Assembly (NCBI GenBank): GCA_017524615.1
Contig: JAFXVJ010000012.1
Location: forward strand, 5,907-69,906
Source: Clostridia bacterium
GTDB taxonomy: Bacteria; Bacillota; Clostridia; Christensenellales; Aristaeellaceae
Direction of reading: 5' to 3'
DNA length: 64,000 nucleotides
The translations under genes and the position numbers were made by a program. Positions 34,644-44,959 of this stretch are shown piece after piece. Within the stretch, counting starts at the first letter, position 1; every line of letters starts with the position of its first letter. Below the pieces are notes generated by a model, which did no database searches, was not told the DNA's origin, and was given only the letters and a program-made list of their open reading frames with translations.

Positions 34644-36140
34644 ATGACGGCAGACGGATACCTGGCTTCACTGGTTCAATATGGCATTCAGCACCGTTTG
34701 ATCGAGGAAAGCGATCGGACGTTTATTTTCAACCAGCTGCTGGACGCGCTGTCCCTCCGCGAGGCGGAGGCGGCGGAGCCCCTGGATTTGCCGCTGGAGG
34801 AGATCCTGAAGGGGCTGCTGGACGACGCTGTCCGCCGGGGCGTCTGCGCCGATGACATCACCAGCCGGGATCTGCTGGATACCAGGCTGATGGGCATACT
34901 GACCCCCTGGCCGCATGAGGTGCGGCGTCAATTCGCGGCTTTGTACGCCCAATCGCCGGAAGCAGCCACAGATTGGTACTATCGCTTTTCTCAGGATACC
35001 GATTACATCCGCCGCTACCGCATCGAAAAGGACATCCGCTGGAAAACGCCCACCGAATATGGGGACCTGGTGATCACCATCAATTTGAGCAAGCCGGAGA
35101 AAGACCCCAAGGCCATCGCCGCCGCCCGGAACGCCCCGCCGTCCGGCTATCCCAAGTGCCTGCTCTGCGCTGAAAACGAGGGCTATGCCGGACGGATGAA
35201 CCATCCGCCCCGCCAGAATCACCGCATCATTCCCGTCACCATCGCCGGAAGCGAATGGTTCATGCAGTACAGCCCGTATGTGTACTACAATGAGCACTGC
35301 ATCGTGTTCAATGCCCGGCATACGCCCATGGTGATCGACAGGGCGGCTTTTGAGAAACTGCTGGATTTCGTGACCGAATTCCCCCATTATTTCGTGGGCA
35401 GCAACGCTGATCTGCCCATCGTGGGCGGCAGCATCCTGAGCCACGAGCATTTCCAGGGCGGGCATTTCACCTTCCCCATGGAGCAGGCGCCGGTGGAAAA
35501 GGAAGTTCATTTGACGGGCTATGAGGACATCCGGGCGGGCATCGTGAAATGGCCCCTGAGCGTGATCCGCCTGACAGGCGCCAGCCGGGAGCGGCTGGCC
35601 GATGTGGCCGACCGCATCCTGCGCATCTGGCGGACATACAGCGACCCGGACGCCTTCATCCTGGCGGAGACTGACGGCGTGCCGCACAACACCATCACCC
35701 CCATCGCCCGCCGCCGGGGCAGCGATTATGAATTGGATCTGGTGCTGCGCAACAACATCACCACGGCGGAGCATCCCCTGGGCGTGTATCATCCGCACGC
35801 CGAACTGCATCACATTAAAAAGGAAAACATCGGCCTGATCGAGGTGATGGGCCTGGCGGTGCTGCCCGCCCGGCTGAAAAAGGAGCTGACCGATCTGGAG
35901 GCGGCCCTCCTGTCCGGTGCGCCGCTGACGGGAGAATTGGAAAAGCATGCGCCGTGGGCGGACATGCTGAAACAAAAATACACCTTCACGCCGGAGAACG
36001 CCTCGGCCATTCTTCGGGATGAGGTGGGGAAGGTGTTTGCCCAGGTGCTGGAGCACGCGGGCGTTTATAAGCGCACGCCCGCAGGGGCGGCTGCCTTTGA
36101 ACGGTTCATGGACGCGGTCAATCAGGGCCTGGGCGTGTGA
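34644..36140 (+). CDS. galT: UDP-glucose--hexose-1-phosphate uridylyltransferase, type 2 (Firmicutes-type GalT)
   Basis: 498 aa, GYPKCLLCAENEGYAGRMNHPPRQNHRIIPV...WFMQYSPYVYYNEHCIVF...SHEHFQGG, typical of class II GalT. Confidence 0.9.
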   Translation: MTADGYLASLVQYGIQHRLIEESDRTFIFNQLLDALSLREAEAAEPLDLPLEEILKGLLDDAVRRGVCADDITSRDLLDTRLMGILTPWPHEVRRQFAALYAQSPEAATDWYYRFSQDTDYIRRYRIEKDIRWKTPTEYGDLVITINLSKPEKDPKAIAAARNAPPSGYPKCLLCAENEGYAGRMNHPPRQNHRIIPVTIAGSEWFMQYSPYVYYNEHCIVFNARHTPMVIDRAAFEKLLDFVTEFPHYFVGSNADLPIVGGSILSHEHFQGGHFTFPMEQAPVEKEVHLTGYEDIRAGIVKWPLSVIRLTGASRERLADVADRILRIWRTYSDPDAFILAETDGVPHNTITPIARRRGSDYELDLVLRNNITTAEHPLGVYHPHAELHHIKKENIGLIEVMGLAVLPARLKKELTDLEAALLSGAPLTGELEKHAPWADMLKQKYTFTPENASAILRDEVGKVFAQVLEHAGVYKRTPAGAAAFERFMDAVNQGLGV

Positions 36141-36168
36141 TCCGCAGCAGTTCTTTCCGGCTTTCGGA

Positions 36169-36200
36169 GCAGCCCTCTTTTCACAGGGGACTGCTTTTTC
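36169..36200 (+). terminator. intrinsic terminator after galT
   Basis: GCAGCCC-(10-nt loop)-GGG(A)CTGC followed by TTTTT. Confidence 0.55.
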
Positions 36201-36244
36201 AACGAGGGATCAGCGTTTCTTTCCCATGGCCGTCCTGCCTGGGA

Positions 36245-36922
36245 TCACTTGGAGCAGATCACCCGGAACGAATCCCTGAGCCTCTGGTGCTTTACGCCGG
36301 TGGCGTCAAACCGCACAGTTCGGAAGGCCGTCTGCATGATGGGCCCCGTGGCGAAGGCGCAGATCACCGTGCCGATGCCTACCGGACCGCCCAGCAGCCA
36401 GCCGATCAGCGTGGCGGTGCTGAGCAGGGCGATGCTGACGGCGCCGATGGGGATTTTTCCCGCCCGCTTGGCCAGTCCCACCAGTAGCGTGTCCCGCGGG
36501 CCGCAGCCCAGGGACGCGATCATGTAGCCATACTGGGTGTAAGCCAGGATCACCAGGCCGGCGATCATTACGGGAATGCCTGTCAGGAGAGAATCGCACG
36601 CCGGCACCGCCTGGATCCAATTGAAAAAGTCCACGGATTTGCCCACCACGATTGCGTCGATGAACATGGCGATGCCGATGGGCTCCCTGAGCAGGATATC
36701 AATGAACAGAATGGTGAGGGATACGGCGATGGAGGCGTTTCCGTACAGAATGCCCAGGCTTTTGGAGAGGCCCAAGTTCAGCACATCCCACGGCGCCGCG
36801 CCCAAATTGGCCTGAATCGTCAAATAAACGCCAAAACCGTTTACAAACAGGCTGGCCGCCGCCAGCAGCATATTCAGCAGGATCGCCGTTACGGTTCTGT
36901 TTTCCCGCAGATCCTTTGTCAT
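36245..36922 (-). CDS. YczE/YyaS/YitT-like integral membrane protein
   Basis: Start trimmed to the ATG at 36922 (GGAGATAACGAT upstream). FVNGFGVYLTIQANLGAAPWDVLNLGLSK... with a second similar half further on. About six TM segments. Confidence 0.7.
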   Translation of the reverse strand: MTKDLRENRTVTAILLNMLLAAASLFVNGFGVYLTIQANLGAAPWDVLNLGLSKSLGILYGNASIAVSLTILFIDILLREPIGIAMFIDAIVVGKSVDFFNWIQAVPACDSLLTGIPVMIAGLVILAYTQYGYMIASLGCGPRDTLLVGLAKRAGKIPIGAVSIALLSTATLIGWLLGGPVGIGTVICAFATGPIMQTAFRTVRFDATGVKHQRLRDSFRVICSK

Positions 36923-37249
36923 ATCGTTATCTCCAGCTTTGTTCTTTCGTTGGCCGCACTGGGGGAGATGGGGCGCGGGAGCGGGGGGTGCAATCCCTGC
37001 CCTTGCTTTTTCGGAATGAAAAACGGCGGGGTTCATCGTCAGGACCGGATCAGAATGCCCCGTGCTTCAGCCAGGGCGTTCCGACGCCGCCGATTCGCTG
37101 TCAGCCGCCGGAACGCAGCCGGCCGATAACAAGGCGTGCCTTTGCGGCCGACAGGGTTCGATCGTTTCCGGGCCGTGATGAAGCTGCCTGCCACACATTC
37201 GGGGCGGTTCCCGTTGGGCGGGCAAAAGGGATCATCAAAGCCGCTGTGC

Positions 37250-37278
37250 ATTATAGCATATGTTCGGCCTGTTTTCAA
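37250..37278 (-). promoter_or_regulatory. sigma-A-type promoter far upstream of the YczE-like gene
   Basis: Reverse strand reads TTGAAA (37278-37273), a 17-nt spacer, then TATAAT (37255-37250). This implies a leader of about 320 nt. Confidence 0.55.
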
Positions 37279-37515
37279 TGATCATCGTGCATCATTTGGC
37301 TGCGTCCGACTGTCAGTTGTTTTTTTGACGCGGGGGACATGAAATTCTGTCAAAAATCCGGGTAGCAATAAAGAAAAATCTGTTATATAATAAAACGGGC
37401 TATCGGCAAAGAGACGGGCGGCCCGTCGCGAACGGAAGAAAACGGGCCGGAAAGGCCGGCGGGCCGTGAGGGAGCACACGAAAGGAAACCCGTATATCTG
37501 AAGGGGGAAAGCAAA

Positions 37516-39690
37516 ATGGCGGAAATCATCCGGCAAGGGAATCTGTTTCATTTACGGAATGGCTGCATCAGTTACATCCTGTGCGTGATGCCGGAAAACG
37601 CCTTGGCCCACGTGTATTTTGGCCGGCGTCTGAACCGGCTGGATCCCGATCCCGTTCTGCGGGCGGCGGGCAGCCGGGACACAGGCAGCTTCATCCATCA
37701 GGAATGCGGGCTGGACCGCCTGCCCCAGGAATACCCGGTGTACGGTCTGGGGGATCAAAGGGACGGCGCGCTGAAAATCGACAATGCCGACGGCACCGGC
37801 GCGGTGGACCTGCGCTTTGAACGGGCGGAAACACGGCATGGCAAGCCCGCCCTGGCCGGGCTGCCCGCCACGTTCGGGGAAACCTGCGAAACGCTGACGG
37901 TGACGCTGGCCGATCCCTGCACGGGCCTTCGGGTGGAACTCAGCTACACGGTGTTTGACGACTGCGGCGCAATCGCCCGCAGCGCGCGGATCGTAAACGC
38001 CGGCGCGGCGGCGGTGACCCTGCGCGGGGCCATGAGCCTGGCCCTGGATCTGCCGGACAGCGCGTGGGATTTGATCACCCTCAGCGGCGCCTGGGCCCGG
38101 GAACGGACGCCTTACCGCCGGCCCTTGGTGCCCGGTCATCAGGGCGTCAGCACCCGATGCGGGGCCAGCAGCCTGCAGCAATCGCCCTTCCTGGCCCTGG
38201 CGCGCCCTGAAACCGCCGAGGAGCAGGGGGAGGCGCTGGGCGCGGCGCTGGTGTACAGCGGCAATTTCCTGGCGCAGGCGTCGGTGTATCAGAATGACAG
38301 CACCCGGCTGCTGCTGGGCATTCATGACGCGGATTTTGCCTGGCGCCTGGAACCGGGGGATTCGTTTCAGACCCCGGAAGCGGTGCTGGTGTATTCTACG
38401 GAGGGGCTGGGCGGCATGAGCCGCGCCTTCCATCGGCTGTGGGAGGGCCATTTGCTGCCTCGCCGCTGGGTGAACGCCCACCGGCCTGTGCTGCTCAACA
38501 GCTGGGAAGCCGCGTATTTTGATTTTGACGAGGACAAGCTGGTATCCATCGCGGAATGCGCCGCCCGGGCCGGCGTGGAACTGTTTGTGATGGACGATGG
38601 CTGGTTTGGCCATCGGGATGACGATACCACCTCCCTGGGCGATTGGGACGTGGATCGGAAGAAGCTGCCCGGCGGCCTGAAGCGCCTGGGCGACCGGATC
38701 CGGGCTGCCGGGGTGCAGTTTGGCATTTGGATGGAGCCGGAAATGGTATCGCCGGACAGCGAACTGTTCCGCGCCCATCCCGATTGGGCCATTCACATTC
38801 CCGGCCGAGAGGGCATCACAGCCCGCCATCAATTCACCCTGGATATGAGCCGGGGGGACGTTCAGGATTTCGTGGTGGACGCGGTGAGCCGCACCATCCG
38901 GGACAGCGGGGCAGCCTACCTCAAGTGGGATATGAACCGCAACTTTTCCAATGTGGGATCATCCGCCCTGCCGCCGGACCGGCAGAAGGAACTGCCCCAT
39001 CGCTATATCCTGGGCCTGTACGCTGTCATGGAGCGGCTGACGAGGGCGTTCCCCGATCTGCTCATCGAAGGCTGCGCCTCCGGCGGCGGGCGTTTCGACC
39101 CCGGCATGCTGTATTACGTACCCCAGTTCTGGTGCTCGGATAACACCGACGCGCTGTGCCGCTGCCGCATCCAATACGGCACCAGCCTGTTCCTGCCGCC
39201 CTCCGCCATGGGCAGCCATCTGAGCGCCGTGCCCAACCATCAGACGGGCCGGGTCACTCCCCTGGACACCCGCTTCGCCGTGGCGCTGGGCGGATGCTTC
39301 GGGTATGAACTGGATCCCAGAAAGCTCACCGAGGAGGAACAGGAGCAATTGCAGGGCCAGGTGCAATACGCCATACGCACGGAGGCTACCCGCCTCCACG
39401 GCAGCCTGTATCGGCTGCGCTCTCCCTTTGCGGGCAATGACACGGCCTGGATCACCGTATCCCCGGACCAGACAGAAGCCGTGGTGACCTGCGTGCGGGG
39501 CCAGGCCCTGGCCAATGCCGCCCCGCCCCTGCTGAAGCTGCGGGGGCTGGATCCCCGGAAGGATTACCGCGTCCTGGAGACGGGCAAAACCTACGGCGGA
39601 GAAGAACTGATGTATTCGGGACTGCTGTGCCCCCTGGCCCAGGGCGACGCGGCGTCCGTACTGTATACCCTGAAAGCAGAGGAGGACTGA
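37516..39690 (+). CDS. alpha-galactosidase, glycoside hydrolase family 36
   Basis: 724 aa with DDGWFGHRDDDTTSLGDW, YLKWDMNRN (nucleophile region) and EGCASGGGRFD motifs. Confidence 0.92.
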   Translation: MAEIIRQGNLFHLRNGCISYILCVMPENALAHVYFGRRLNRLDPDPVLRAAGSRDTGSFIHQECGLDRLPQEYPVYGLGDQRDGALKIDNADGTGAVDLRFERAETRHGKPALAGLPATFGETCETLTVTLADPCTGLRVELSYTVFDDCGAIARSARIVNAGAAAVTLRGAMSLALDLPDSAWDLITLSGAWARERTPYRRPLVPGHQGVSTRCGASSLQQSPFLALARPETAEEQGEALGAALVYSGNFLAQASVYQNDSTRLLLGIHDADFAWRLEPGDSFQTPEAVLVYSTEGLGGMSRAFHRLWEGHLLPRRWVNAHRPVLLNSWEAAYFDFDEDKLVSIAECAARAGVELFVMDDGWFGHRDDDTTSLGDWDVDRKKLPGGLKRLGDRIRAAGVQFGIWMEPEMVSPDSELFRAHPDWAIHIPGREGITARHQFTLDMSRGDVQDFVVDAVSRTIRDSGAAYLKWDMNRNFSNVGSSALPPDRQKELPHRYILGLYAVMERLTRAFPDLLIEGCASGGGRFDPGMLYYVPQFWCSDNTDALCRCRIQYGTSLFLPPSAMGSHLSAVPNHQTGRVTPLDTRFAVALGGCFGYELDPRKLTEEEQEQLQGQVQYAIRTEATRLHGSLYRLRSPFAGNDTAWITVSPDQTEAVVTCVRGQALANAAPPLLKLRGLDPRKDYRVLETGKTYGGEELMYSGLLCPLAQGDAASVLYTLKAEED

Positions 39691-39693
39691 AAG

Positions 39694-40719
39694 ATGCTCC
39701 GGCGGTATTCCCTTCCCGATCCCCGGTTTCTGCCCTTGGGCCGTCATGATCCCCGGGAAAAAGAAAGCTGCCTGTGGTGGAGCGGCAGCGGCGTGCGGGT
39801 GCATATCGCCTGCAGGCAAATGGAAATCGAAGCCACGGTGAACGCCCGGGATCACGCCGCCTGGATGGGCGTGATGGTAGACGGCGCGCCGGTGGCCCGC
39901 TTTCCCCTCATCAACGGCACCCACCGCTATCCCGTACTGGCGGGCATGGAAAGCACGGTTTCTCACGATATCACCATTTTACGGGACAGCCAATTGACCT
40001 ATGACGAGGACGGCCCCGTGGTGCTGAACGCCGTATATACCGACGGCGAACCCGCCGCCCCTGCCCTTCGCCCGCTGCTGCTGGAATTCGTGGGCGACAG
40101 CCTGACGGTGGGGGAGGGGTGCGTGGGGCCCCGATCCGGCGACGAATGGCGCACAGTGTTCATTTCGCATATGCCCGCCTTCCCCACCCTGGTGGCGGAA
40201 GAAATGAACGCTGAAAAACGGGTGATTGCCCTGGGCGGCTGGGGCGCCAGCCAGGGGTGGGACCTGAATCCCGACAGTCGGATCGGACGGATTTACGGTC
40301 AGCTGTGCGGACCAACGCCCGGCGGGAACGTGCCCGCCGATTTTCCGGAGCGGCCCGCTGACGCGGTGGTGATCAACTTAGGGACCAATGACGCGACAGC
40401 CATGAGCAGCCTGGAGGGTGAAAAGAAAACGGAAGCGGAAGCGTACCTGACGGAATGCGCCGAAAACCTGCTGTGCCAGGTGCGGGCAAGGAACCCCCAT
40501 GCCCATATCGTGTGGGCCTATGGCCTGTGCGGCTGGCAGGTGAAGGATCAGCTGGAAAAAGCCGTGGCAAAGCGCCGCGCGGATGGGGACGGCCGGGTGC
40601 ATTACCTGGCGCTCACTGACTGCGACGGCGACGTGGGCTCCCGCTGGCATCCCAGCCGGGCCGCCCATCGCAGGGCGGCGCGGGAAATCTGCGATGAATT
40701 GAAGAAACTGCTGACATAA
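39694..40719 (+). CDS. SGNH/GDSL hydrolase, carbohydrate esterase family 2-like acetyl esterase
   Basis: 341 aa. N-terminal beta-sandwich, then SGNH blocks [22 protein letters not shown] and SRWHPS. GAGGAGGA RBS, 3 nt after the GH36 stop. Confidence 0.8.
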   Translation: MLRRYSLPDPRFLPLGRHDPREKESCLWWSGSGVRVHIACRQMEIEATVNARDHAAWMGVMVDGAPVARFPLINGTHRYPVLAGMESTVSHDITILRDSQLTYDEDGPVVLNAVYTDGEPAAPALRPLLLEFVGDSLTVGEGCVGPRSGDEWRTVFISHMPAFPTLVAEEMNAEKRVIALGGWGASQGWDLNPDSRIGRIYGQLCGPTPGGNVPADFPERPADAVVINLGTNDATAMSSLEGEKKTEAEAYLTECAENLLCQVRARNPHAHIVWAYGLCGWQVKDQLEKAVAKRRADGDGRVHYLALTDCDGDVGSRWHPSRAAHRRAAREICDELKKLLT

Positions 40720-40732
40720 AGGAGGCCGCCCC

Positions 40733-41899
40733 ATGAATTATCAGGATCTGAACATTCGCTATGAGGCGTTGATCCGGCAAAAAAACGCCGTCAATCCCCG
40801 GTTTTATAACGGCATTTATCAGCGCTGGGTGCGTCCGGTGCTGACAAGGGAGCATATCCCGCCGTTCTGGATGTACGATCCCAATCCGGACACCAATCCG
40901 TATATGATGCAGCGCCTGGGCGTCAACGCGGTGTTCAACAGCGGCGCCCTGATGCTGAATGGGAAATTCACCCTGGTGGCCCGGGTGGAGGGTATGGACC
41001 GGAAGAGCTTTTTCGCCGTTGCGCAGTCTGATTCCGGCGTGGAAGGCTTCCGCTTCTGGGATGAGCCGGTGCTGCTGCCCGATACGTGCGGCGATGAAAC
41101 CAACGTGTATGACATGCGTTTGACCCAGCATGAGGACGGATGGATCTACGGTGTGTTCTGCTCGGAGAGCAAGGACACCTCCACCGGCGACCTGTCCGCC
41201 GCCACCGCCGCCGCCGGCATCGTGCGCACAAAAAACCTGAAAACCTGGGAGCGGCTGCCCAATCTGATCACCAGACGTTCCCCCCAGCAGCGGAATGTGT
41301 GCCTCCATCCTGAATTTGTGGATGGAAAGTACGCTTTCTATACCCGCCCCATGGATGATTTCATTGATACCGGCTCCGGCGGCGGCATCGGGTTCGGCCT
41401 GTGCGACGATATTGCGAACGCCGTGATCGACGAGGAGAAAATGACCTCCATCCGCAAATACCACACCATCACCGAGGCCAAAAACGGCGCGGGGGCGGTG
41501 CCCATCAGGACGGACCGGGGCTGGATCCACATCGCCCACGGCGTGCGCAACACGGCGGCGGGCCTGAGGTATGTGATTTACGCCTTCGCCACCGCCCTGG
41601 ACGATCCCGCCCGGGTGATCGCGGAACCGGGCGGCGCGCTGATCGTGCCCCTGGGCCACGAACGGGTGGGAGACGTGAGCAATGTGGTATTCACCAACGG
41701 GGCCATTGCGGCGCCGGATGGGCAGGTGTACATCTATTACGCCGCCAGCGACACCCGGCTGCACGTAGCCACCACGGATATCGGCCGGCTCACCGATTAT
41801 GTGTTCAACACCCCCGCCGATCCCCTGCGCAGCGCGGACTGCGTGCGGCAGCGGATCGACTTTATCCGGAAAAACAAAGCGTATCTGGAAAACAAATGA
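40733..41899 (+). CDS. GH130 phosphorylase, 4-O-beta-D-mannosyl-D-glucose phosphorylase-like (GH130_1-like)
   Basis: 388 aa, [52 protein letters not shown]...VARVEG. The length and N-terminus match the roughly 390-aa MGP subgroup as I remember it. Confidence 0.8.
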   Translation: MNYQDLNIRYEALIRQKNAVNPRFYNGIYQRWVRPVLTREHIPPFWMYDPNPDTNPYMMQRLGVNAVFNSGALMLNGKFTLVARVEGMDRKSFFAVAQSDSGVEGFRFWDEPVLLPDTCGDETNVYDMRLTQHEDGWIYGVFCSESKDTSTGDLSAATAAAGIVRTKNLKTWERLPNLITRRSPQQRNVCLHPEFVDGKYAFYTRPMDDFIDTGSGGGIGFGLCDDIANAVIDEEKMTSIRKYHTITEAKNGAGAVPIRTDRGWIHIAHGVRNTAAGLRYVIYAFATALDDPARVIAEPGGALIVPLGHERVGDVSNVVFTNGAIAAPDGQVYIYYAASDTRLHVATTDIGRLTDYVFNTPADPLRSADCVRQRIDFIRKNKAYLENK

Positions 41900-41929
41900 C
41901 GGCGCGGTAGCGCAAAGGAGGTTTTTCCC

Positions 41930-43606
41930 TTGGCTGATATACACCATAGCTATGAGCGGTGGCTGAAGGAAGCGGATCAATCCTTGCAGGCGGAATTACG
42001 CGGCATGGACGGCGCCGCCCGGGAGGACGCCTTTTACCGGGATCTGGCCTTCGGCACCGGCGGGCTGCGGGGCGTGATCGGGGCGGGCACCAACCGCATG
42101 AACATCCATACCGTGCGCAAGGCCAGCCAGGGCCTGGCGGACTATGTGATCAAGCATTTCACCGCGCAGGACCGGCGCATCGCGGTGAGCTATGATTCGC
42201 GCATCCTCAGCGATGAATTTGCCCGCGCCGCCGCCGGGGTGTTCGCCGCCAATGGCATTCAGGCGCTGGTGTATCCCCAATTGATGCCCACGCCCTGCCT
42301 GTCCTATGCCGTCCGGGCGCTGCGCTGCGCCGCCGGCATCATGGTCACTGCCAGCCACAATCCCGCCAAATACAACGGATACAAGGTATACGGCGCCGAC
42401 GGCTGCCAGATCACCACCGAAGCGGCGGCGGAGATCCTGAATGAAATCGGGAAGCTGGATGTCTTTTCCGATATCCAGGCCATGGATTTTGAAGCGGGCC
42501 TGCGGGAGGGCAGTATCGCCTGGATCCCCGACGCGGTGTACGACGGGTTCGTGGCGGAGGTGAAGCGGCAATCCTTGCTTGGCGGGGCAGACGTGGACAA
42601 AAACGTGGCCATCGTGTATTCCCCCCTGAACGGCACGGGGCTCAGGCCCGTGCTGCGCACCCTCAGGGAGAGCGGCTATACCCATGTAACCGTGGTGAAG
42701 GAGCAGGAACAGCCGGACGGCCATTTCCCAACCTGCCCGTATCCCAACCCGGAAATCCGGGAAGCCATGCAATTAGGCCTGGAATATGCTGCCCGGCTGA
42801 ACGCCGACCTGCTTCTGGCCACCGACCCGGACTGCGACCGGTGCGGCATCGCGGTGCGCACTCCTGCGGGGGAATACCAGCTGCTCACCGGCAATGAAAC
42901 GGGCATGCTGCTGCTGGATTACGTGTGCAGCCGCCGGGCCGCTCTGGGCATCATGCCGGAAAATCCTGTGCTGGTCAAAACCATCGTAACCACCGACATG
43001 GCGGAAAGGATTGCCGCTCAGTACGGGGTGGATACGGTCAACGTGCTGACGGGCTTCAAGTTCATCGGGGAAACCATCGGCAGGCTGGAAGCCGCGGGCC
43101 ATCCCGAAAGATACATTTTCGGGTTTGAGGAAAGCTACGGATATCTCAGCGGCACGTACGTCCGGGACAAAGACGCAGTGAACGCCGCTTTCCTGATCTG
43201 CGAAATGTTTGCCTGGCACAGGCAGCGGGGGATCAGCCTGCTGGACAGGCTGAATCAGCTCTACGATCAATACGGCTATTGCCTGAACACCCTGCACAGC
43301 TATGAATTTGAAGGCGCGGCGGGCTTTGATAAAATGCAGCGGATCATGGCTTCCTTCCGTTCCGGTGTCACATCCATCGGCGGCCGGCGGGTGGAAAAGC
43401 TGCTGGATTACGCTCCCGGCCTGGATGGGCTGCCCCCGTCCGACGTGCTGAAATTCCGCCTGGCCGGCGGCGCCAGCTGCGTGGTGCGTCCTTCCGGCAC
43501 GGAACCCAAGCTGAAGATCTATATTTCCGTTTCCGCCCCGGATCGGGATGCCGCTGCCCGGGAGGAAAAGCTGATATCTGATGATCTGGCTCGTTCGATG
43601 GCCTGA
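41930..43606 (+). CDS. alpha-D-phosphohexomutase (phosphomannomutase/phosphoglucomutase)
   Basis: TTG start with AAAGGAGG 8 nt upstream. Active-site loop TASHNPAKYNGYKVY and metal loop DPDCDR. Confidence 0.9.
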   Translation: MADIHHSYERWLKEADQSLQAELRGMDGAAREDAFYRDLAFGTGGLRGVIGAGTNRMNIHTVRKASQGLADYVIKHFTAQDRRIAVSYDSRILSDEFARAAAGVFAANGIQALVYPQLMPTPCLSYAVRALRCAAGIMVTASHNPAKYNGYKVYGADGCQITTEAAAEILNEIGKLDVFSDIQAMDFEAGLREGSIAWIPDAVYDGFVAEVKRQSLLGGADVDKNVAIVYSPLNGTGLRPVLRTLRESGYTHVTVVKEQEQPDGHFPTCPYPNPEIREAMQLGLEYAARLNADLLLATDPDCDRCGIAVRTPAGEYQLLTGNETGMLLLDYVCSRRAALGIMPENPVLVKTIVTTDMAERIAAQYGVDTVNVLTGFKFIGETIGRLEAAGHPERYIFGFEESYGYLSGTYVRDKDAVNAAFLICEMFAWHRQRGISLLDRLNQLYDQYGYCLNTLHSYEFEGAAGFDKMQRIMASFRSGVTSIGGRRVEKLLDYAPGLDGLPPSDVLKFRLAGGASCVVRPSGTEPKLKIYISVSAPDRDAAAREEKLISDDLARSMA

Positions 43607-43641
43607 TGAATACCCATGAGATACGCAAGGAGGAAAACGAA

Positions 43642-44871
43642 GTGAAAAAGCTGCTATGCCTGGCTATGTGCCTGATGCTTGTCCTTCCCTGCCTGACGGC
43701 GCTGGGAGAGGCGGTAAAAAAAAATGAAATCACCGTGCCGGAGCTAAGCACCGTGCGTCGCCCTATTCCCGACAATGAAGCCATGACGTTCCTGAAAAAA
43801 ATGGGCGTGGGCTGGAACCTGGGCAACACGTTTGACGCCACCAAGGGCACCTGGAACGCCAATGCCGACGAAATGACGGTGGAAAGCTCCTGGTGCGGTG
43901 TGGAGACCACGGAGCTGGTTTTCGACGCCCTGAAGGAAGCGGGCTTTACCTGCGTGCGCATCCCGGTGTCGTGGCACGATCACGTGTCCGGCCCCGATTA
44001 TGAAATCAGCGAGCGGTGGCTGAACCGGGTGCAGGAAGTGGTGGACTGGGCGTACAGCCGGGATATGTACGTGATCCTCAACGTCCATCACGACGAGGAT
44101 CAGTTCCTGCCCACCTCGGCGCACTACGAGGCATCCGCCCACTACATCGAATGCGTCTGGCGGCAGATCGCCCAGCGGTTCCGGGATTATGACGAGCGCC
44201 TGATCCTGGAATCCATGAATGAGCCCCGCCTGATGAATTCCAGCTACGAATGGGCGTTCAATCCCGTGGCGCTGGAATGCAAGGACGCGGCGGACTGCCT
44301 GAATCGGCTCAATCAGCTGTTTGTGGACACGGTGCGGGCCACCGGCGGCCAGAATGCCAGCCGCTACCTGATGGTGCCCGCCTATGACGCCTCACCGGAT
44401 AACGCGGTGCGGGATTCCTTCATCCTGCCCACGGACACGGCGGACAATAAAATCATCGTATCGGTGCACGCCTATACACCCTATTCCTTTGCCCTGCAGA
44501 AGGACGGCAAGAAGGATTTCAATTATCGCGCGGCGGCGGATACCCGGGACATCATCCTGTTCATGAACGCCGTTTATGACCGCTATATCACCCAGGGCAT
44601 TCCCGTGGTGATCGGCGAGTACGGCGCCTTGATGAAGAAGGAAAACGCGTCGGTGAATAACCTGCAGGCCCGGGTGGACTGGACGGCGTTCTATGTGGCG
44701 GCGGCCAGCGCCCGCAACCTGCCTTGCCTGTGGTGGGACAACCACGCCTTCAATGGCGGCGGCGAATTGTTCGGCCTGCTGAACCGCCGAAACGGCCAGA
44801 TCGTGTTCCCCGAAATCGTGGAGGCCATCATGGCCTACGCCGGCTGGGATAATCTGCCCGATATGCAGTAA
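43642..44871 (+). CDS. secreted glycoside hydrolase family 5 endo-beta-1,4-glycanase (glucanase/mannanase; specificity not resolvable here)
   Basis: GTG at 43642 with AAGGAGG 8 nt upstream. Signal peptide KKLLCLAMCLMLVLPCLTALG. Motifs GWNLGNTFDA, VRIPVSWH, ILNVHHD, LESMNEPR (acid/base Glu) and VVIGEYGA (nucleophile Glu). Confidence 0.85.
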   Translation: MKKLLCLAMCLMLVLPCLTALGEAVKKNEITVPELSTVRRPIPDNEAMTFLKKMGVGWNLGNTFDATKGTWNANADEMTVESSWCGVETTELVFDALKEAGFTCVRIPVSWHDHVSGPDYEISERWLNRVQEVVDWAYSRDMYVILNVHHDEDQFLPTSAHYEASAHYIECVWRQIAQRFRDYDERLILESMNEPRLMNSSYEWAFNPVALECKDAADCLNRLNQLFVDTVRATGGQNASRYLMVPAYDASPDNAVRDSFILPTDTADNKIIVSVHAYTPYSFALQKDGKKDFNYRAAADTRDIILFMNAVYDRYITQGIPVVIGEYGALMKKENASVNNLQARVDWTAFYVAAASARNLPCLWWDNHAFNGGGELFGLLNRRNGQIVFPEIVEAIMAYAGWDNLPDMQ

Positions 44872-44879
44872 AATTTTCC

Positions 44880-44908
44880 TTGCCACTGCGCCTGTTTCCA
44901 GTTATAAT
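44880..44908 (+). promoter_or_regulatory. internal sigma-A-type promoter ahead of the second GH130 gene
   Basis: TTGCCA, a 17-nt spacer, then TATAAT, about 50 nt upstream of the ATG at 44960. Confidence 0.6.
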
Positions 44909-44959
44909 GTGAGTGTTCTGACGCTCCATCAACGCGAATGAAGAAAGGATGAAACCATC

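Noticed and set aside
36923-37249. Possible c-di-AMP (ydaO-type) or other known riboswitch in the YczE-like leader.
   Set aside because: Only short, scattered resemblances to remembered consensus segments (for example CGAACCCTGTCGGC and CCGCCCAA). I could not draw the full pseudoknotted architecture. It is kept as an unclassified leader instead.
37392-37493. Threefold ACGGGC motif (37395, 37414, 37442) plus a complementary ACCCGT (37488) in the GH36 leader.
   Set aside because: A 6-mer of this composition is expected to recur by chance in GC-rich DNA. No clear promoter, terminator or conserved fold can be tied to it from this window alone.
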